Source of the DNA: Octopus sinensis
Lineage: Eukaryota
Assembly: GCF_006345805.1 (NCBI RefSeq)
Contig: NC_043014.1
Location: 48,918,001-48,982,000, forward strand
Reading direction: 5' to 3'
Length of the DNA stretch: 64,000 nt
The notes beneath the pieces are model-generated. The model did no database searches, was not told where the DNA came from, and saw nothing but the letters and a program-made list of their open reading frames with translations. Shown here one piece after another: positions 54,799 through 64,000 of this stretch (position 1 is the first letter of the stretch; every line of letters starts with the position of its first letter). The position numbers and the translations under genes were made by a program.

Positions 54799-56108
54799 AA
54801 TAATAATAATAATAATTATTATTATATTTGGATTTATTATTCAATTTGTTTTTGTTATTTTGATCTCAAATCCCTCCTCTATGAAACCTGTACTCTTAGG
54901 TCTGCTTAGACACTGTCTTGGGGCTAAATAGCAATAATTCTACATTCACTGAGAAAAGGAGATTAAACAAGGCATAAATGGGGAGCATTGTTGTTGTTAG
55001 GGGAGCACACACACACGCATGCACACATACACACACACACACACAAACACACACACAAGCACATACATGTATATTTACATTCACAGGTATATCTACACAG
55101 ATATACACACGTATACACACACACGCACACACAAACAAACACACAGACACACTCACACAAACACACACACACACATACATGTATATTTGCATATATACAT
55201 AAGTATTCATAGGTATATATACACGCACATACACATACACACTCACACACAAGCACACACACACCACACACATATATATATATATACACACATACAGATA
55301 GATACATGTGTACACACATTCAAACATGTACACATGTATACACATATACATACATAACATACGTACTTATGTACACACAACATACGTATTCATATTGCTT
55401 TCAAATTTGCCTGAAATTTTATGGGGAGGGGACAGTCGATTACAGCTAACCCCTTGCTCAGCTGTACTTATTTTATCAACCCCCAAAAAAGATAAAACAC
55501 AAAATCGACCTCAGTCGAATTTGAACTCAGAACGTTAAGATTGACAAAATGCATCTCCCGTGCCATGCTAATGGTTCACCTAATTTGCTGCCTCTGTACA
55601 AATACAAATATTAGGAGCATTATTAAGTGGGAACGTGCTAAGGGGTCAAGCAGACAATAGGGGAAATCTCCAGAGGAAGAACTCCCGTCGAGCAAGTATT
55701 TGGGTGTGTTAGTTCTGGACACTCTAAGGGGGCTGGGTCCACCTTGGACATAACTCCTTGGTGTCCTCCTGCTGGATCTGAAATGCCACTTATAGTAGGG
55801 ATTGAACTTGGGCCTTTCTGGTGTTTCTTATTTCCCTGACGTTTGGTAGCAACAAATATTTACCTATGAAAGGACCCTACATTAGGTGTAGGGTTAAAAT
55901 TATCATCAAAAAAAGGCAAAATTATAACTAGAAATGTTTTGAGGGGTGTTTAAATACATATGCACACACACACACACACACTGTCATACATAAACACATA
56001 CTGTATGCATGTATGGTGTTTTGTAGACATGTACACACATACACGCATATATATATACATGCATGCATACATACATACATACATACATACAGACATACAG
56101 ACATATAC

Positions 56109-56145
<37 letters not shown>

Positions 56146-56232
56146 TACATACACATATATATTATATATATACACACACACACATATATATACACTCACA
56201 CACACGCACATGTGTGTCTGTGTGTATATATA

Positions 56233-56263
<31 letters not shown>

Positions 56264-56504
56264 TTGTATATATATATTTATATATATATATATATACATA
56301 CACACACACACCACTATATATCTTTATCTGTCTGACTGTCTTTCCAGCTATCTATTTATATGTGTGTATATGTATGTTGTGTGTGCATGTGTATAAGGAG
56401 TATGGTGCATGCTCCCTCCTGGCCAGCTCCTGTCAAACTGTCCAGCACATGCCAGCGTGGCAGGAGAATGTTAAACGATGAAGCTGATGATGATGATGAT
56501 GACG

Positions 56505-56541
<37 letters not shown>

Positions 56542-56922
56542 GTATGTATGTAGAATAACTTAATCCCCAAAACCACAGGGTAGCCCTTTGAGGGCCTGTT
56601 GCTAATAATAAATATATTCCCTCTGGCCGACGTCTGTATTGAGTACTTATTTTAAACTATGGTCTAACCGGCTCTTTACTAGGTGTCTTCTATACATACA
56701 CATAATTGCACACACGTGTGTATATATACATACGTGTGTATGTAAGTATACATACATTCATATACATACATATATATATATATATATGTATGTATATATA
56801 TATACACACATATATATGTATGTGTAAGTATGTATATGTGTTTGTATATCTGTATGTGTTTTTCTCTGTGTGTGTGTGAGGAGAAAGAAAGAAAAAATTG
56901 AACCCAAGATGTTTTTACTTAC

Positions 56923-57150
56923 TGCTTCTTCCTACGTTCTGCCATATTTCCTGGAGACGTATCAAAGAAATACGTCAAGAAGGTATTGATGTACCTATAT
57001 CTTTATAGACACACACACACATAAAAATATATATATATGCATGTATGTGTGTGTATGGATGTGTGTGTGTGTGTATGTGTATTTTACGTGGCGGGTTTGC
57101 AGAAAGTGTGGAGGTCACATAAGCTGACTAACTGAGAGAGAGAGAAAAAA
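56923..57150 (-). other. Candidate non-coding first exon / promoter region of the TRIM gene
   Basis: Unique sequence ending in the donor GCA|gtaagt at 56922, upstream of the acceptor at 52256. Confidence 0.3.
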
Positions 57151-57272
57151 ATCAATAAATATTCGTTTTTACATGTGTAATAGGAGTAAATCTGGTGGAG
57201 AAACAACACATGGCACAAGGGAAGGATGTCAAGACGTTTATTCTCTTATGTTATATTGCCTTGTACTGTACT

Positions 57273-57315
<43 letters not shown>

Positions 57316-58036
57316 CGAAATCGATCAATGGAAATTGCAGATGTGTTACCAGTGCCGGTGGCATGTAAGAGAACTTTCCGTTTCGCGACCGTTGCCAGCA
57401 CCGCCCGTTTCGTGTCCGTTGCCAGCCTCGCCGCCCTCGTGCCGGTTGGCACATAAAAAGCACCATCCGTTCGTGGCCGTTTGCCAGCTCTGTCTGCACC
57501 AGTGCCGGGTGGCACGTAAAAAGCACCATCTGAACGTGGCCGGTGCCAGCACCGCCTCGATGGCTTCTGTGTGGGGCACATAAAAGCACCAACCGATCGT
57601 GGCCGATGCCGGACCCTCTGGCACCAGTGCGGGTGGCACGTAAAAAGCACCCACTACACTCACGGAGTGGTTGGCGTTAGGAAGGCATCCAGCCGTAGAA
57701 ACACTGCCAGATTTGACTGGGCCTGATGAAGCCTTCTGGCTTCACAGACCCCAGTAGAACCGTCCAACCCATGCTAGCATGGAAAACGGACGCTAAATGA
57801 TGATGATGATGATGATGATGATTGTAATTATGTCTTTGTGTTATGTTATGTAGTGTTATGTTATGCTAAGAAATGCTGCAGTATGGCCAGAATTATATGC
57901 CTGAGTGTGCTAAAAGAATAAAAGAATATCTTGTATTATATGATGTGGTGGAGGGTACACATACATGCTTATATATACCTGTATGTATGTGTGTGTTTAA
58001 TATAAATGCTTCTAAATGCCTCTGTGTGTGTGTGTG

Positions 58037-58088
<52 letters not shown>

Positions 58089-58117
58089 ATGCGTGTGCAT
58101 GTGTGTGTATGTGTTTA

Positions 58118-58332
58118 CAAGGGGTTGCAGAAAAGTTCCTGACTCTAAGGGTATTGCAAAAGGCCTAGTTGGAGGCCAAAACTTCTAAGGTTTTTACAGG
58201 GGTTAGAAAAACTGAAGGGCCGCTGCAATAAGTCAAGGAATCTGAGAGAGTAATATGGTGAATAAAATCATATTTAACTGGTCCTCCTGTATTTTCTTTT
58301 ACCCAAAGCCAGGAGCTTTTCAATACCTCCTT
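58118..58332. mobile_element. Mariner-type MITE
   Basis: Imperfect TIRs AAGGGGTTGCAGAAAAGTTCCTGACTCTAAGGGTA / TACCCAAAGCCAGGAGCTTTTTCAATACCTCCTT. Confidence 0.6.
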
Positions 58333-58919
58333 AAATATGTAGGTATATATAGGAGCAGGTGTGGCTGTGTGGTAAGAAGTTTGCTTCCCAACCACATGGT
58401 TCTGGGTTCAGTCCTGCTGCTTGGCACCTCAGGTAAGTGTCCTCTCCTATAGCCTCAGGTTGACCAAAGCCTTGTGAGTGAATTTTATAGATGGAAACTG
58501 AAAGAAGCCTGTCACATATATACATGTGTGTGTGTCTATGTTTGTCCATTGCCACCCCATCACAACAAGTGCTGGTTTGTTTACATCCAAACCAGCGTCC
58601 TGCATTGGTGTTCAGCTGAAGGTATTAGCATTACTATTTATATTTGATGGGATGCTAGTCTTATAATCACCTCTGCTGGTAATACTGTTGAAGCATGGCT
58701 TATAAAAATGTCAATTCAGATTTCAATTAATTGTAGTAGTTTTGTTTATATTTTGCTGTATGGAGTACATTATTTATTCAGGGGTATTTTCCTTATTTGG
58801 TTTATTATTATCATCATCATCAGTAGTAGTAGTAGTAGTATAAATATCATTTATTATTATAATCATTATTGTAACTAGTATAATTACTATACATGGTGAG
58901 CTGTGTTTATTTAAATTGT

Positions 58920-59745
58920 CTAAATGTACATCTTCTTAAGTGTAGACATCTTAGAGCCTGTTCTTATTTTGTGTTTATAAGATTAAATTTAGAAGTGAAA
59001 ATTTGGTATATTTCTTCCACACAAAAGTTGCATCTATTACCGCCTATTCTATAAGGTTTTGCCCTACTAATTATTCCCCAGCCAATTGAATATACTTTGT
59101 TACTATCTTTTAGTGCCCAAATTAATTTACTAAGACTAGTAGTATTTATTTTGTCCTTATATCTAAACGAATTTAAATGATTGGCAATTCTTTGCTTAAT
59201 ATAGTGTGAGCCAGCTCTGATATAGAAGTACTCTCTATTCTCTGAGATAACCTTACATCTGCATACAATATTTTTATACCTACAATTATATTTAAGCAGG
59301 CAAACCCTGTTCCTTGTGAAATCACATTTGATAGTTCTACTACTTCCATTACTAGTTTCCGCTTCAGCTTCACTAGAGGTGACATTCTGAGTACTGCACT
59401 TTCTGGGAATCACACCTTCCCATTCCAGGTTACTGTGGGAGTTTGTTTGGGTATCTTCCATTTGATTGGTTGTCAAACCATAGTTCCTGTCATGTTGACG
59501 TTGTTGCTATTTATTGATCTATGATTATTATTCTGGTTACTATTGTTATTGTTTGTATGGAAACTGTTTAATCTACTAGCATTGTGTGCTGCTATAATTT
59601 GTGCTAGATTTCTACTATTAGAAAAAAAGCCACTCTAATTCTATGTTTATTAACTGTTCTATAGTACTTACTGTTTTTTGGAGAATGTTTAGTCAATGCT
59701 GAATAGAAGAATTTAGTTATATTGGAAATTATTTGTTTTCTGAAA
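58920..59745 (-). mobile_element. Penelope-like element remnant (linker plus GIY-YIG endonuclease)
   Basis: C..KNIVCRCKV..YFYI..KQRIANHLNSF..TSLSKLIWALK..CNFCVEE..LIN, a PLE C-terminal signature; degenerate. Confidence 0.82.
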
Positions 59746-59761
59746 GGGGATTATATATAAT

Positions 59762-60225
59762 AATAATAATAATAATATAAATTATTGTATAGTGCTCAGG
59801 TCACCACAACTTGTCAAAAGTGCATATAAAGCATATGCAGTAATGTACAAATGTCTGGAAAGTGAATAGTGTATGGGTCAGATACATGCTTGCGTGTGTA
59901 TGGAGGGGAGAAAATCAGGTGTAGTGTTGGCGAATCTCAGGAAGCAGGGAAGTTTTGAAGGATGCAGTGCTCCGACAACTAACAACTGATGCCAGCAGTC
60001 TGTTCCATGCTTCAGCAACTCTTAGCATGAAAAAATGTTTCCTGAAGTCATGGGAGCTGTGCTGTTTTCTGACTTTGTAAATATGTCCATGGGTGTTAGA
60101 CAAGTGGAGTTTGAAAAGGTGCTCAGAGTTATTGTTTGTAAGATGGTTAATAATTTTATGGGTGTCTGCCAAGTCAGCTGCCAGACGTCGGAGTTTCAAT
60201 GTATCCATGCCCAGGGAAACCACTC
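59762..60225 (-). mobile_element. CR1/L2-type LINE 3' end
   Basis: LGMDTLKLRRLAADL...HFFMLRVAEAWNRL, with an (ATT)n tail. Confidence 0.82.
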
Positions 60226-60419
60226 GATATTGCTAGATGTGTCTATGTTATTGTGGTGTGTATTTCTATTTCTACCTAAGTTCTTCATGAAAGTGTGTAA
60301 CCTATTTACCTGGTTTTTATTCCAGCGTTGGGTTTGTTTGCTATTATATTTGTCAGTTATTTGTGAAGTACTTTTGGCAGAGCTTACATATTGGTTATCT
60401 CCTCTATCTGAATGGGACC

Positions 60420-61095
60420 TCTTGCAAATAAAGTCTGATACAGAGACATTGAGCACACTCCAGCAAGCTTATGGTGATGAGGCAATGGGTCTTACACAAT
60501 GTTTCAAGTGGCACCAGTACTTCAAAAGTGGAAGAACATCCTGGAAAGAAGTTGAGCAATCTGGAAAACCTGCCACATACATCATACCTAGAAATGTGGT
60601 ATTGTGCATCAAGAATTCATCCCCCAGGGCCAGAGCATCTTTCAAGAGTTCTACTGCAATATTTTCAAGTGTTTGAGTGGGGGGGGGGCATTTGGCAAAA
60701 GTGACAAGTGTTTGAAGGGGGACATTTGGGAAAAGAATTAGATCCTTCACCAAGCTCTCTTCACTCTTGAGTTTCTTGCTAAAATATACATGGCATAACT
60801 TCCACATCCACTCTGCTCACCAGATTTAGCACCAGTAGACTTCCATCTTTTTACCAAGATGAAAGCTCAAAGGTCACTGTTGTAACACCATTGTCGAGAT
60901 CCAAAGCAAATGGCAGGTCCTTGTCTCGCTTACGGAAAATGACTTCCAGACCGAATTCCAAGAGGTAGGAACACTGGGACCAATGTCTTGTTGCACAAGG
61001 GGACTATTTCAAAAGAGGTAATGTTAAAACTTAGGTAAATAAGTTATTTTTTTTACTAAATATAACTAGTCTGGGAACCTTTTGATACCACCTTG
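60420..61095 (+). mobile_element. Mariner transposase pseudogene (internally deleted)
   Basis: HTH region ETLSTLQQAYGDEAMGLTQCFKWHQYFKSGRTS, later SPDLAPVDFHLF and AQGDYF, then a 3' TIR-like GGAACCTTTTGATACCACCTTG. Confidence 0.8.
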
Positions 61096-61392
61096 TGTGT
61101 ATATATATATATATATATATATAGCACCAGCATTGCTACAAATGAGAGTCAAAAGTGACACAATTCAGTGCTATTGTGGCTAATTGAGTCCCTTTTCACT
61201 CTCATTTCTAGCAACGCTGGTGTTATCTAGTACCCTTGCTTATAAATTTGCCTTTACGTTTTTTTGCTAACTAGCCACCTATATCATTAATATCATTATA
61301 TATATATATATATATATATAAGAATTTTTTGCGTAATAAGATAAAAAAAAAACCAAGGCTGTGTAGATATTAGAGCATTTATAGATAGAAGG

Positions 61393-61442
61393 TCTTACAA
61401 CTGTTTCCAGGATATTTATTAATAATATCCCTTCATCAGAGA
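61393..61442 (-). ncRNA. Type I hammerhead ribozyme motif (intact core)
   Basis: TCT-CTGATGA-AGGGATATT-ATTAATA-AATATCCTG-GAAA-CAGTTG-TA-AGA. Confidence 0.68.
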
Positions 61443-64000
61443 TGGTGTGAGAGGATGATTAAGTCATGGTTAGTTTAGATGTGATACAAAATGGAGAGTG
61501 AGGTGGAGGAAAGAAAATATATATATATACATAAAGTAATCTCTCATTGCAGCCACATTCAGATGAGTGGAACCAGTAAAGAAAGAGATAAACGATTCTT
61601 TCTGTTTCTGCTTGTTTCACTTGCCCATAACCACGTAAAAGCTCGAGAGGTTATTCACATGGAAAAGAGAGAGACACGACAGAGAGAATGTGTGTGAATA
61701 TATATTTTTGAAGAGTTGGTATCATTCAACAGAATTCATGATTAAAAAAATAAACGATTGCTATAGAAAGACAAAGAACCAGAAAAAAAAAGGGAATCTG
61801 ATTAGTGTTTAGTTAAAGCTTGTTTACATTGGCTTGTCAGATAAATTTGTCCATTTTTTTCTTTTTTCCATTTATTTTAACCTTTCAGCATTATTGTTCT
61901 ATCAAATGTAATCCGCATTTATTCACATTGCTTGGAATTAATCGCAATATCTTGCAGCCTCAAAACTTTTATGTGACTGATTATTTTTAGAATGGCATTG
62001 TAGGTAGGTATGATAGGCTAAATTTGGGCAGTTTGACTATAAAACTTGGAGATTATTTGGGCTGGGTGTGGCCAATTTAAATAGTAAAGGGTTAATTAAC
62101 AATTTAAATTAACGCAAAAAGCATTTTTATTGTATTTTTTATTGTTTTAGTTTTGTATCTCTCACCAACCGATCGTGGCCGTTGCCAGCCTCCCTGGAAC
62201 TTGTGGCACGTAAAAAGCATCCACTACACTCATGGAGTGGTTGGCGTTAGGAAGGGCACCAAGCTGTAGAAACACTGCCAGATCAGACTGGAGCCTGGTG
62301 CAGCTCCTGGCTTCCCAGACCCCGGTCGAACCGTCCAACCCATGCTAGCATGGAAAACGGATGTTAAACGACGATGATGATGATGATGATTCTTCCTGTA
62401 AAAATTTTGTTTTAATCTGAATAAATTTTACCTATTTCCAGGCATAAATGATGAATTGCCAAGTAAAAAAAAAATGCAAAACAAAAAAACAAACAAAAAC
62501 GAATGAATTTATCTGACAGCCCAATATTTTATTTTAAAATTTCATTTTCTTCTCTTCAAACATTGCATGGACCAACAATTCTGTTTCAAGATTCAAGTTA
62601 CATGTCAAAATTGTTCAGATTTGGATACAGCATCAGGTGACACCCTAAGCCCGTCCTCGGTTCTCGTCAATGACTTCTTCGAGAGTCTCAAAGAACAGAG
62701 TTAGGAAGAGTTCAATGTCAAACAGGTGGTGTTACACAAGGAATTAGATTTGATCTTCAGGGATCAAAGACAAATTGTTTCGTAAGCACAACAGCGGGAG
62801 TACCAACAAGTCAGAAGGCCAGGTCTAGAAAGGAGAAACTGTTTAACTCTATATAAACTGCAGTAATTCTTAATTGGTGCTTCAATTTATCAACGCAGGG
62901 AACAATAAATGTAAACTGAATCCCCAGTTGTATTAGTAGTAGTAGTAGTGATAACAGCAATGATTCTCATTTTGACACAAGGCAGGTCATTTTGAGAAGA
63001 GGGAGCAAGTTGATAACACTGACCCCAGTACTCAACTGGTATGTACTTTATTTTTATAGACCCAATAAGGATGAAAAGCAAAATTTATCTTGGCAGAATT
63101 TGAACCCGGCGTGTTAAGAGCATTAAGTGGTGCCAAGTATTTTGTTTGAGTTGCTAACAATTCTACCAGCTTGCTAGTAAAATTGTTAGCATCAATAATG
63201 GTTTTGTAGTACCAATAATGGTTTGTAGTACCAACAATGGCTTTGAATTTTGGCATAAGGCCAGCAATTCAAGGGAGGGGGTAAGTCAATTACATCTACC
63301 CCATAACTAACCTCAGTGGAATTTGAACTCAGAACATAAAGATGGATAAAATACCTATTTCTTTATTGCCCACAAGGGGCTAAACATAGAGGGGAAAAAC
63401 AAGGACAGACAAAGGGATTAAGTCAATTAGATCGACCCCCAGTGCATAACTGGTACTTTTTTCATTCACCCCGAAAGGATGAAAGGCAAAGTTGACCACA
63501 GTGGAATTTGAACTCAGAATGTAAGGACGGACAAAATACTGTCCAGCATATTAATAAGTCTTCCAGCTCACCACCTTAATAATAACAATAATTTCAAATT
63601 TAGCCACAAAGGAAGTAATTTTGGGGGGAGGGGACAAATCGAGTACATCAGTCCCAGTCTTCAACAGGTACTTATTTTATCGACCCTGAAAGGATGAAAA
63701 GCAAAATCAGCCACAGCGGAATTTGAACTCAGAACATAAGGACAAAATACCGCTAAGCATTTCGCCCAGGGTGCCAATGGTTCACCAGCTTGCTGCCTTA
63801 ATAATAATAATAATAATTCCTACTTACAAATGCACAAGGCCACAATTATTGCTAGGTAGGGGCTGTAGCTAATTTTGTCTTGGGTGCCACTTTATTTTCT
63901 TAATGAAAGGATAAACTACAAAATTTAACTCGGTGCAAGCTTTGACTTTGAATATAACTTTTATATATTTCCTGTGTATAAAGCCAGACATGCACAGAAG

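Overview
Repeat-rich, AT-rich eukaryotic DNA. The repeat families and microsatellite load point to a cephalopod (Octopus-like) genome; this is inferred from recognition, not from a search. Most ORFs in the supplied track are microsatellite artefacts. Two spliced host genes are supported, both on the minus strand. One is the 5' part of a secreted trypsin-family (S1) serine protease (exons 7057-6973 and 3291-3072; the rest lies outside the window). The other is a RING/B-box/B-box/coiled-coil TRIM E3 ligase (exons 52058-51336 and 47734-47038). There is also one intact tRNA-Val(CAC) fold fused to a retroelement-like tail. The remainder is SINEs, LINE fragments (RTE, CR1/L2-like, R4/Dong, HERO-like), Tc1/mariner remnants and MITEs, a complete non-autonomous Helitron, a Penelope GIY-YIG remnant and one N gap. 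The most notable hidden signal is about 15 type I hammerhead-ribozyme motifs from several unrelated short element families, several with intact cores. Most sit in (TA)n tracts and some are arranged as long inverted repeats, which suggests a Penelope/retrozyme-like ribozyme-element system that also generates dsRNA. Repeat boundaries are approximate and were read by eye.
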